Part shown: positions 18,703 to 27,327 of the stretch, one piece after another
Numbering within the stretch: the stretch's first letter is position 1
Layout of the letters: the number at the start of each line of letters is the position of its first letter
NCBI GenBank assembly: GCA_021792255.1
Contig: JAJYUZ010000002.1
Coordinates: 33,444 to 97,443, forward strand
DNA length: 64,000 nucleotides
Direction of reading: 5' to 3'
From: Thermoplasmata archaeon
Lineage (GTDB): Archaea > Thermoplasmatota > Thermoplasmata > Thermoplasmatales > GCA-001856825
Program-made: the position numbers and the translations under genes
Notes under the pieces: model-generated
The model's input: only the letters and a program-made list of their open reading frames with translations
The model's database searches: none
What the model was told of the DNA's origin: nothing

Positions 18703-19806
18703 TTATCCAACTCCGTAAAAGGATTGAAAGTGCGTTGTGACATTCTCAAAAACATTGCCCACATATGTTCCGTTGTAGGCATTTGCAGCCCAGATTCCTA
18801 TCGTTTCGTCCACTATGATGTTGTCTACAACGACGTTACCTTGGGCGACTGGAGGAGCCGGTTTGGCAGTCTGAGGGATCAAGTTCGCATATATGGCTAT
18901 TCCATTTGGTGCGGGAGCAAGGTTAAGGTCAGATGCGTTGTCAAAGGGTGGATTATTGAGTCTTTGAAAAGCCCCTAATTTAACGTAGTTTCCTGCGATC
19001 TCGTTTCCAATATCGGCTGCACCAGGAGCTTCGGCATTGACTATTATGCCATCTTCAAGCCCCCCTATTACTGTGTTGTCAAGCACCACATTATCGACAG
19101 CAGAAGAGAAAGGGAAATCGGCAGCCACGACTATAGTTCCAACGTTGAACCCAGTTGGTCCGTGAGGGGTCAATAAATCTCCAATAACCACATTATTGAA
19201 AATCCAGTTGTTTGCCACAGTCTGACCTGGTCCCCACGCAGCAACAACAATTCCACATCCTTGAGAATCATTTGAGACGTAGTTGTCTGCAATGAAATTG
19301 TTGTCGGCGCTAGCATTAACGTTCGGTATAGGAAGACCAGTTGGGACGAGGGATGAGCTACTATACACTGCAATGCCTCCGTCTCCAGCACTTCCTGTGA
19401 TTCTGTTCCCTACGATGTAGGAATTGGATACTCCATAAAATCCAATCGCCTTGTTGTCAGGGATAGCCGGATCTGTGTGCTGAACGTTACCGCTTATGTT
19501 GCTGTCAATTATTGAGATTCCGTACGTGTCTACCGCTAATATTCCGTGATCTGATGCTCCAAATACGTGCGCATGGTAAATCATGACGTTACTGACCCCT
19601 GGACCGATATAAACGCCGAACGTATACCCCGTCGCGTTAATTTGCCCCGTCAAAAATTCCCCAGTGTGCGCTACAACGGCCGCAGTGAGGTTACCGATTC
19701 CAATTGTACCAGACTGGTAGGTGGGAGTTGCGGCAAAGCCTACTGTGCTGAACGCCACTACGGAAAGAGTGAACAATAATACTACGGATGCTACTATCAA
19801 CCTCAT
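18703..19806 (-). CDS. secreted right-handed parallel beta-helix repeat protein (NosD/pectin-lyase-fold-like)
   Basis: 367 aa. Has an N-terminal signal-like segment (MRLIVASVVLLFTLSVVAFSTVGFA). Repeated I/V-x-x-N-x-I/V-x-x-N turns follow (NNFIADNYVSN, NNWIFNNVVIG, DNVVLDNTVIGG, GNVVVDNIIV). Many N-x-S/T sequons. Confidence 0.75.
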   Translation of the reverse strand: MRLIVASVVLLFTLSVVAFSTVGFAATPTYQSGTIGIGNLTAAVVAHTGEFLTGQINATGYTFGVYIGPGVSNVMIYHAHVFGASDHGILAVDTYGISIIDSNISGNVQHTDPAIPDNKAIGFYGVSNSYIVGNRITGSAGDGGIAVYSSSSLVPTGLPIPNVNASADNNFIADNYVSNDSQGCGIVVAAWGPGQTVANNWIFNNVVIGDLLTPHGPTGFNVGTIVVAADFPFSSAVDNVVLDNTVIGGLEDGIIVNAEAPGAADIGNEIAGNYVKLGAFQRLNNPPFDNASDLNLAPAPNGIAIYANLIPQTAKPAPPVAQGNVVVDNIIVDETIGIWAANAYNGTYVGNVFENVTTHFQSFYGVG

Positions 19807-19886
19807 GATATTTCTAACTCTGGCGGATACTTAAATGATAGTTTTACGCAGATTACGTAAAACTAAAATAATTTAACGAGAACAAA

Positions 19887-20537
19887 GTGACAATCATGCA
19901 AGACAGCATGAAAAATACAGTGGCGAGCGATTTGGAAACAAGAACAGAACGTGCGGAACACATGCAAAAAGCGGAAGAAGATCGTAGAGTTGTCAAACCG
20001 TCATCATTGCTCATAGTTTTGGTGCCGTCAATCTTGGTCGCTATTGTCATCTTGTCGAGAAACATCATAATGCTAGACTATGCCCACGTTCTTTTAGGAG
20101 GAACCTGGACTGGCATTGACCTGTTCATGGGACTTGTATTATCAAGAGTAATCGGGAAGATGTCAGTGGGCGCAAGAATGGAGTTTATAAAGAGATTAGT
20201 CCCATTGATGCTCTTATTTATGCCAACGATAGCCTCTCTTGCAATAACTTGCGGCATTTACTTAGCGACATTCGACGGGATATTCAAGTTGACCTACCCA
20301 GTAATCATAGCGGCAGGGATTATAGTGTTGGTTCTGGTCGTACAGGGCTTCGGTATTTTTCTACCAAATGAACTGAAGATATTTCTGGAACTCAGGAAAG
20401 ACAATCCAAACGCCGCAAAAATTTCTAGACTTGCTATGATAAATTTCAAGCTATCAGGAATTCAGGCAGCGTTCCAGTTCGCTATAATATTCATAATGGC
20501 AAACATTGCAATGGGGAACTTATTCCTGAGGTATTGA
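19887..20537 (+). CDS. hypothetical integral membrane protein
   Basis: 216 aa (GTG at 19887 or ATG at 19896). A charged N-terminus is followed by about 5 hydrophobic segments. No family recognised by eye. Confidence 0.55.
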   Translation: MTIMQDSMKNTVASDLETRTERAEHMQKAEEDRRVVKPSSLLIVLVPSILVAIVILSRNIIMLDYAHVLLGGTWTGIDLFMGLVLSRVIGKMSVGARMEFIKRLVPLMLLFMPTIASLAITCGIYLATFDGIFKLTYPVIIAAGIIVLVLVVQGFGIFLPNELKIFLELRKDNPNAAKISRLAMINFKLSGIQAAFQFAIIFIMANIAMGNLFLRY

Positions 20538-20838
20538 ACAGTTAGATGAAGGAATGGTGAGAGGGAAGCAGGTATCTCTTTTCAGGCATCTACTCGAACG
20601 GACTTAGGACGCGGAGAGGTCTCGCATAAAATCAATTCGAAAGCAGAACCGATCTTGGAATTGTTCTCGGAACTTAGGACTTTGCGATGCTTGATATTTT
20701 TAAAATGGGCATCATTCACCCGCTTTCAATTCGAAGTAAAGCTCGTTCCAGTCAGCATGGCTCCGGTCTGATTAACTCAAGTAAACAATTTACAGGATAC
20801 TTGAAAGATTTTTTATACTGACTCAAAATCATAAATCG

Positions 20839-23232
20839 TTGGACGACAGAAGAAGTTCGATGATGTTTAAGGCGTTATCCGACAGTAGGTGCATTAACAT
20901 ACTTAGGATAATCTCGGTCGAACCCTCTTATGTAGGGGAACTAGCCTCTACCTTGAAAACTACTGAATCTAGGATATCCGAGAAGGTGAGGATTATGAAA
21001 GAGGCAGGCATTATTTCGGAAGAATGGAGGAGAACAGGAAACAAACTTGTGAAATTTTACAAACCCTCGATTAAAAAGATAAGCATCTCCTTTGGAGATG
21101 GTAGTATCAAGACTGAGACTGTAGATAATAAGGTAGAAGAAAGTCCAATCCTTCAAGATGTCGACATAAAGGTACCAACTGCAGATAAACTTGTAGGAAG
21201 AACAGCTGAAATGCAATTTGTTGAAAAGTACGCACACGTACTTGTTACTGGAATACCGGGAATAGGGAAGACAACTCTAGTCGCGAATTACGTCCGTTCC
21301 TCAAATCGTGAAATTTTCTGGCACGATATCGGGGAGACTGATACGCTGAAACACATCATAATGAAAATAGCCTCATACTTGAGTAAGAATCGAGACGACA
21401 ATCTGTTAAACGCGCTTAAACAGGTAAGGGACAAGAGAACACACATTAACTTGGCTATTGCGGGAATAAGGAAGTTAAATTCAATAGTTGTATTGGACGA
21501 CCTGCACAAGTGCCTGGATCACGAAATAATGGAACTCATAAACGATTTAATAAGTAGCGTTCCAGAGCTCAAGGTAATTTTGATAAGTAGAACTCCGCTT
21601 TCGATCTACAGCTCTTCCATCAGAGTTCTTGTTCTCCAGGAACTTCAGACAGAAGAGGCTTTGGAACTGATAAAGAATACTACAGAGAGGGAGAGGATAG
21701 TAGCACAAGTCGGAGGTCACCCCCTGATAGTAAAGCTTGCAGGCAACCTGCAATCCACGATCAAGCGATCAACTGAATCGCTTTCGCCAACTGAATACTT
21801 CGAGAAACAGATTCTTCCAACTCTTCCAAAGCATCTCGTTGCGGTTCTGGAAAAAATTTCTTTCTTTGGAGGCACAGTCAATCTGGAGGAACTGGAATTT
21901 ATATTTGGAGAAATAAGTAAGACTCATTTAAGAGAGACCATAGGTCTTGGGCTGATTAGGATTCAGCGAAACTCGATAAGAATGAACGACCTTGTGAGGG
22001 AGGTCTTACAGATCTCTGCTCCCAGAAGCTCAGAAACTCACAAGAAAATTGCGTTGTATTACACTTCGAAGAAAAGACCCGAATACTTGATGATGGGTTT
22101 ACATCACATTGCTCTTTCAGGAAGTAACGAAGAAATATCCAACTTCCTTAAACAGTTTGGAATGGACCTAATCAATTCTTCATATCTCAATAACTTCCAG
22201 GAAGAACTGATTAAAATAGAAAGGAGCCTCGAGTCTTGCGAGACAAAAGCAGAAATCTTGTACTGGATTGGCAGAATTCTTGCCAACAAGAGGATGTTCA
22301 ACGAGTCATTAACGTACTTTGAGAGAGCGAGAATGTGCCCCCAACCCTCCTCCCTCGAAGCGTCACTGCTGTTTGACGAGGCGACAGCATATCAAAACAT
22401 TGGGGAACTAGAGAAGAGCGAGGAAATGTTCTGGTATGCCCTTCCAAAGGTCGAGGGCAGCAACAGTATACAAGAAGGGAGAATACTCTTCGGTCTTGGT
22501 CGCGTACTAGTCTGGCTTGGAAAGCAAGATGTAGCAAGGAAGATGCTCAACAAGGCAAGTGAAATATTCAAAGGAAAAGGAGATGCAATTAGATACAACG
22601 TAGCTCTCTTCGGAATTGCCCACCTAGAGTTTGTGACTGGGAACATTAGAGAAGCGATAAGGGTGAACGATCAAGCCATCGAGGGATTCTTGGAACTTCA
22701 AGCGATAAACAGCTACACTAGCAGTCTCATAAATAAGGGGGGCTTTCTCTTTCTCTTAGGGAAAAGAACGAAGAGCCTCACCATCATAAGTGAAGCAATT
22801 GAAATTCTTGGAACTCTAGAGTATGCTGATCTTGACCTTGCTTTTGCGCTGTTGAAGCGCTCTGTCATATTGATCACATTTAGGAAAATCAAAGAAGCAG
22901 AGGTTGACATAAAGAGAGCAAAGAAGATCATAAAATCAGGAGGGGATGAATTCCTTACAGGACTCCTGTATTTGTCGCAGGGAATCTTGTCGACCGCTAA
23001 GGGGAAGCTAGCCGATGCTGAAATCGCAGTAAGAAATGCGATGAGATACGAAAAATTAGACCCAGTTGAAATGTACAGAGTCAGGAGAGAATGGAGCCTT
23101 ATCCTGATAAAAAAGGGAGAAAGGAAGCAAGGAATGAAGGTAATGAGAGATCTGATGAAGGATTTTAAGAAAAGAAATTACATTGCTTTCTTGAGGGAAA
23201 CGCAATCTATATACAACGAGATTAGGGGATAA
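20839..23232 (+). CDS. wHTH (ArsR-like) - NB-ARC/STAND P-loop NTPase - TPR repeat protein
   Basis: 797 aa (TTG at 20839, or ATG at 20860). Domains in order:
- N-terminal wHTH (RCINILRIISVEPSYVGELASTLKTTESRISEKVRIMKEAGII)
- Walker A GIPGIGKTTL
- Walker B IVVLDDLH
- NB-ARC-like GGHPLIVKLAG motif
- about 350 aa of TPR-like helical repeats. Confidence 0.8.
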   Translation: MDDRRSSMMFKALSDSRCINILRIISVEPSYVGELASTLKTTESRISEKVRIMKEAGIISEEWRRTGNKLVKFYKPSIKKISISFGDGSIKTETVDNKVEESPILQDVDIKVPTADKLVGRTAEMQFVEKYAHVLVTGIPGIGKTTLVANYVRSSNREIFWHDIGETDTLKHIIMKIASYLSKNRDDNLLNALKQVRDKRTHINLAIAGIRKLNSIVVLDDLHKCLDHEIMELINDLISSVPELKVILISRTPLSIYSSSIRVLVLQELQTEEALELIKNTTERERIVAQVGGHPLIVKLAGNLQSTIKRSTESLSPTEYFEKQILPTLPKHLVAVLEKISFFGGTVNLEELEFIFGEISKTHLRETIGLGLIRIQRNSIRMNDLVREVLQISAPRSSETHKKIALYYTSKKRPEYLMMGLHHIALSGSNEEISNFLKQFGMDLINSSYLNNFQEELIKIERSLESCETKAEILYWIGRILANKRMFNESLTYFERARMCPQPSSLEASLLFDEATAYQNIGELEKSEEMFWYALPKVEGSNSIQEGRILFGLGRVLVWLGKQDVARKMLNKASEIFKGKGDAIRYNVALFGIAHLEFVTGNIREAIRVNDQAIEGFLELQAINSYTSSLINKGGFLFLLGKRTKSLTIISEAIEILGTLEYADLDLAFALLKRSVILITFRKIKEAEVDIKRAKKIIKSGGDEFLTGLLYLSQGILSTAKGKLADAEIAVRNAMRYEKLDPVEMYRVRREWSLILIKKGERKQGMKVMRDLMKDFKKRNYIAFLRETQSIYNEIRG

Positions 23233-23453
23233 TGATAACACTTTTCGAGTGTCACCAATCAAATAATCAATCAGAAACAGGATGGTGGCGGGAGAACTGC
23301 TCTGGATAAGGGGATGGGAAAGGGAGAGATACATCTCCTCCCCGGATATCCAGCAATTCATGAAAATCAAAACTGGAGGGAAAGCATTCAAATGACTCCA
23401 TTAGAGAATTTTTTCCGTATGTCTTTAAGTATAAATGGAACATTCATCGATAG

Positions 23454-24662
23454 ATGAAAGAAAACAGGAAAAACGAAAGGAAGGCAAATATCGCAGTTGT
23501 GGTATCTTTCGTGCTTATTTTGATTGCAACTTCCTCAGTTTTTTTTCTATTTTCTGATGGCATCTATGAGTCAAGTTCGTCAACCAAGCCGGACATCCCT
23601 CCTTCAGCAACCAACGAATATGCACCAAGTTTGGTGGCATACGATTCCCTCAATGGAAATTTGTACGTCGTTAATTATCTAGGTAACAGCGTCTCAGTAA
23701 TTAATGGCAGGACGAACGAGCTGATAACCAATATACCAGTGGGTTCATACCCTCAGGGGATTGCGTTTGACAGTTTGAACGGATGCGTATATGTCTCGAA
23801 CGGAAACTCAAATTACGTTTCCGTGATAAATGGAACTTCAAATAAAGTTACAGACAATATATCAGTTGAAGGAGAGCCATGGAGCATCGCATATGACCCT
23901 TCCGATAACTGCGTGTACCTGCTCGCGGGACGCGTCGTTGTAATTAACGGTTTATTGAACGAGGTAATCGGTAACATTACAGTGGGGACGGAACCCTCTG
24001 CCATAGCGTTTGACAGTCTGAACGAACGTCTCTACGTCGTTAATTACATCTCAGACAACGTCACAGTAATCAACGGCAACAATAATAATGTCCTTGGGTC
24101 GGTTCAATTAGGTCCTCCATTTAATAAGTCGAATCCAGGAGGACCGGTAAGCGTAGTGGCCGACACTTCGAACGGTCTTGTCTATGCAGTCGTGAACACC
24201 CATTATGTTTATGCGATTAACGCTACAACCGATGAAGTAGTAGGAAACATCTCAATTGGATCATACTTACAGGGTATTTCATACGATCCTTCCAACGGAT
24301 ACCTATATGTTGTCAGTGAGAGTTTTCCTGGAAAAGTATCGGTGATAAACGGTTCCAATAATAAAGTGATCGATAATATTACTGTTGGAAATGGCCCGGT
24401 TGGAGTAGCGTACGACGGTTCAAATGGTCAAATTTATGTGGCAGATCAGCAGGATAACGCTGTTACTGTAATAAATGGGAAAACGGATACAGTTGCAGTG
24501 ACGGTATCTGTAAATCCTGGTTGGATAGGGAATATTAACAACATCTCCATTTACTTGAACATAATTATATCCACTTACTGGATTTACACGTTATTAGTTG
24601 TCTCTGTAATAATTGCAATCGCTATATTTGCTGGTGTGTTGACTTTGAGGTCGAAGAGATGA
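23454..24662 (+). CDS. YVTN-family beta-propeller repeat surface protein
   Basis: 402 aa with an N-terminal TM anchor. About 7 repeats of roughly 40 aa (VING..N.V..NI.VG..P.GIAYD..NG.VYV). C-terminal TM segment with a basic tail (LRSKR). Confidence 0.85.
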   Translation: MKENRKNERKANIAVVVSFVLILIATSSVFFLFSDGIYESSSSTKPDIPPSATNEYAPSLVAYDSLNGNLYVVNYLGNSVSVINGRTNELITNIPVGSYPQGIAFDSLNGCVYVSNGNSNYVSVINGTSNKVTDNISVEGEPWSIAYDPSDNCVYLLAGRVVVINGLLNEVIGNITVGTEPSAIAFDSLNERLYVVNYISDNVTVINGNNNNVLGSVQLGPPFNKSNPGGPVSVVADTSNGLVYAVVNTHYVYAINATTDEVVGNISIGSYLQGISYDPSNGYLYVVSESFPGKVSVINGSNNKVIDNITVGNGPVGVAYDGSNGQIYVADQQDNAVTVINGKTDTVAVTVSVNPGWIGNINNISIYLNIIISTYWIYTLLVVSVIIAIAIFAGVLTLRSKR

Positions 24663-24703
24663 AGGGCGGATTCAAAAACATTTGGGCGACGATAGTGGAG
24701 TCA

Positions 24704-24778
24704 CGGGCGCAAGGGGATTTGAACCCCTGACCTACGGCTTAGGAGGCCGTTGCCCTATCCATACTAGGCCATGCGCCC
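24704..24778 (-). tRNA. tRNA-Arg (anticodon CCU)
   Basis: Hand-folded 75-nt cloverleaf:
- acceptor GGGCGCA/UGCGCCC
- D stem GCCU/GGGC
- anticodon stem ACGGC/GCCGU with loop CUCCUAA
- T stem AGGGG/CCCCU with loop UUCAAAU
- discriminator G

The CCA end is not encoded. Confidence 0.95.
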
Positions 24779-24868
24779 CGTATGCTCCGTATATTTTTCA
24801 TGCTTTAATCCTTGCTTAGTGACTGAAAGGTTTTTGCACTGTTCAAGCATTAAGTGACGTGATCTAAA

Positions 24869-25840
24869 ATGTCTTTACCAAAAGTATCAGTTATAGGGGC
24901 TGGACAGGTCGGAGCGATGGTGGCAGAACACATAGCAATCAAGGAACTCGCAGACGTTTATCTTTTTGATGTTGTTGATGGGGTTGCGAAGGGAAAAAGC
25001 CTCGACATAATGGAAGGGATGCCGCACTGGAAATCTGACTCATTCCTGGAAGGATTTACAGTTGGACAGAATGGCGAAAACTATGAGAATCTAAAGGGTT
25101 CTGAAATAGTAGTTATGACAGCAGGCTTAGCACGAAAGCCAGGCATGAGTAGGGATGATTTGCTCTACAAAAACGTCGACATTATCAAGAGCGCTGCAGA
25201 GAACATAAAGAAATATTCGCCCGAGTCCACGGTCATAGTAGTCACGAACCCGATGGACATAATGACGTATGCCGCCTATAGAGTCTTAAATCCAAAGAGA
25301 AACAAGATAATGGGAATGGGAGGGACTCTGGACAGCGGAAGATTTAGAACATTCATCGCGAAGGAATTGAGAGTTTCAGTGGAGGACGTCACAGCATTCG
25401 TTGTGGGAGGCCACGGAGATGATATGGTTCCATTCGTCAGATACTGCTCTGTCGGAGGTATCCCGCTTACCGAACTTATGTCGAAGGAAAAGATAGACCA
25501 GATAGTGACGAGGACCAGAGGAGGAGGCGGTGAGATAGTTTCTTACCTCAAGACTGGTTCTGCTTATTATGCGCCTGGAATATCGGTGACCGTAATGGTC
25601 GAATCGATACTTAAAGACAAGAAGAGAGTTATAACTGCACCAGCATTGCTGGATGGAGAACTAGGGCAATACTATGGAGCTACAGGATTATTCGTTGGCG
25701 TACCAATCAAGATTGGAGGAAATGGCGTTGAAGAGATTTACAAGATGAACTTTGATGAGGAAGAGAGGAGACTCTGGAATACCTCTGTGAGCCACGTACA
25801 CGAAAGCGTCCAGAAAGTAAATACGTACCTACGCTGGTAA
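24869..25840 (+). CDS. mdh: malate dehydrogenase (LDH-like family)
   Basis: 323 aa with VIGAGQVG Rossmann motif, TAGLARKPGMSRDDL, VVTNPMD and GGHGD motifs. Confidence 0.9.
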   Translation: MSLPKVSVIGAGQVGAMVAEHIAIKELADVYLFDVVDGVAKGKSLDIMEGMPHWKSDSFLEGFTVGQNGENYENLKGSEIVVMTAGLARKPGMSRDDLLYKNVDIIKSAAENIKKYSPESTVIVVTNPMDIMTYAAYRVLNPKRNKIMGMGGTLDSGRFRTFIAKELRVSVEDVTAFVVGGHGDDMVPFVRYCSVGGIPLTELMSKEKIDQIVTRTRGGGGEIVSYLKTGSAYYAPGISVTVMVESILKDKKRVITAPALLDGELGQYYGATGLFVGVPIKIGGNGVEEIYKMNFDEEERRLWNTSVSHVHESVQKVNTYLRW

Positions 25841-26221
25841 CTTTATTTTACTTTCCCTCACTTTATTTGTAAAAGACTTCATTTTGTCCGCCAAGTCTTC
25901 GTCAATAAAGTGCTCAAAAAAGCAAGCTCTCTCTCGGGCAGTCTCTTCATCACATCCCATCATTTTCAACAGGTCATAAATGGAACTCTCTTTTTTGCTG
26001 AGATTGTCTAGCAATTTCTTTCCCTTGTCGGAAAGGGTCATTCCCCTATATTTCTGATAGTTTATAAGTCCGTCATCAGACAACTTACTCAACATCTGGG
26101 ATACCGATGCAGGAGTCACTTTCAAGAACTCAGCTATTTCAAGAGGTCGTGCATATCCCTGTTCTTTTATGAAATGATCGATGGATTCGAGATATTTTTC
26201 CCTATCCTCGTTCGTTTTCAC
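25829..26221 (-). CDS. DtxR/MntR-family metal-dependent transcriptional regulator (short form)
   Basis: 130 aa with an N-terminal wHTH (EDREKYLESIDHFIKEQGYARPLEIAEFLKVTPASVSQMLSKLSDDGLI) and a dimerisation/metal-binding helix region. No SH3-like C-terminal domain. Its 3' end overlaps mdh by 12 nt (convergent). Confidence 0.8.
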   Translation of the reverse strand: MKTNEDREKYLESIDHFIKEQGYARPLEIAEFLKVTPASVSQMLSKLSDDGLINYQKYRGMTLSDKGKKLLDNLSKKESSIYDLLKMMGCDEETARERACFFEHFIDEDLADKMKSFTNKVRESKIKLPA

Positions 26222-26499
26222 TCACCTAAATATTTTAGGGAGTATTACCCTTTTTCGCATAAATTCAAATACCTCGTCAACAGATTTTCGGACTGTTTAG
26301 AGGGCTGGATAAAATAAATTTAATATTATTTTTCAACGAAGCATTCCATAATTGACTGTGGATCGACTTCCTGAAAGGAGAGGACCTATTATATTTATTT
26401 CGTAAATTTAAAAGAATTTTGGCTCGACTTATTGTGTATGATATATTTAAGAAGCTAGGTTGACAAAAAATTGAATAAGACGGATGATGATTTGGGAAG

Positions 26500-27324
26500 G
26501 TGCAAGGTTCCGCGCGATCGGAAAATTTAGAAGAAATAGCAAAAGAAGTTAGGAAATCCATTGTCAAGATGACTTTTGAAGCGAAGAGCGGACATCCGGG
26601 TGGGTCTCTAAGTGCAACAGAAATACTGACCTATCTATATTTCAGGGAATTGAACATTGATCCTGCGAATCCCAACTGGCCGGACAGGGACAGATTTGTT
26701 CTTTCAAAGGGTCACTCCACTCCCGTGCTATACTCGATACTTGCAATGAGAGGTTTCTTCGATCCGAACCTTCTCCACGGATTCAGGAAAATCAATTCAC
26801 TGCTTCAGGGGCACGTTGTGAATCACATTCCAGGAGTCGACATTACAGCTGGCTCCTTGGGCCAAGGCCTAAGCAATGCAGTCGGGCTCGCTCTTGCTGC
26901 CAAGATAGACAAGAAGAGTTACAGAGTATTCACACTCATAGGGGATGGAGAATCAGACGAAGGAAGCATATGGGAGGCTGCTTTATCAGCGGCCCATCTA
27001 AAGCTCTCAAATCTTATCGTTTTTCTCGACAGGAATATGATCCAGTTAGATGGCTTCACAGAGGAAATTCTGACTTTAGGGGATCTTGAAGGCAAATTCA
27101 GATCTTTTGGCTGGGCTGCGATAACCATCGATGGCCACTCGTTTGCCGAAATAAGAAGAGCCATAGAATGGGCCAAGAATGAGGAAGGCCCCAAGATGAT
27201 CATAGCCAGAACGATAAAGGGAAAGGGTGTCAAATTCATGGAGAACAATCCCGAGTACCACGGCAAACCCGTTCCAAACGAGGAAAAGCTGAACGAGGCT
27301 CTCAAGGACATAGAGGGGATGTAA
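26500..27324 (+). CDS. transketolase, N-terminal (TPP pyrophosphate-binding) subunit
   Basis: GTG start. Motifs: SGHPGGSLS, LSKGH, GSLGQGL, GDGESDEGSIWEA. Split-gene form as in archaea. Confidence 0.9.
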   Translation: MQGSARSENLEEIAKEVRKSIVKMTFEAKSGHPGGSLSATEILTYLYFRELNIDPANPNWPDRDRFVLSKGHSTPVLYSILAMRGFFDPNLLHGFRKINSLLQGHVVNHIPGVDITAGSLGQGLSNAVGLALAAKIDKKSYRVFTLIGDGESDEGSIWEAALSAAHLKLSNLIVFLDRNMIQLDGFTEEILTLGDLEGKFRSFGWAAITIDGHSFAEIRRAIEWAKNEEGPKMIIARTIKGKGVKFMENNPEYHGKPVPNEEKLNEALKDIEGM

Positions 27325-27327
27325 TCA

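Noticed and set aside
20596-20680. Near-identical 12/13-mers CGGACTTAGGAC and CGGAACTTAGGAC, 70 nt apart upstream of the STAND gene
   Set aside because: A 9-nt exact repeat in a 300-nt spacer has a non-negligible chance expectation (order 0.1-0.2). There is no symmetry and no third copy. It is worth remembering only if the STAND protein's binding site is ever mapped.
23282-23395. 37-codon plus-strand ORF (MVAGELLWIRGWERERYISSPDIQQFMKIKTGGKAFK) between the STAND and YVTN genes; also the 111-aa minus-strand ORF 23056-23391
   Set aside because: Neither has an SD or promoter context that I can identify, and neither has a recognisable motif. The minus ORF overlaps the STAND 3' end antisense. They cannot be supported from sequence alone.
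24663-24868. tRNA-Arg flanks inspected as a possible integration site for the adjacent STAND/surface-protein block
   Set aside because: There is no integrase gene. I could find no partial tRNA duplication or direct repeat by eye, and no obvious compositional break.
26454-26464. CTAGGTTGAC upstream of the transketolase operon resembles one half of a DtxR-type operator (TTAGGTTAG...)
   Set aside because: Only a single imperfect half-site is present, with no inverted partner. It is therefore insufficient to link the divergent DtxR/MntR-like regulator to the pentose-phosphate operon.
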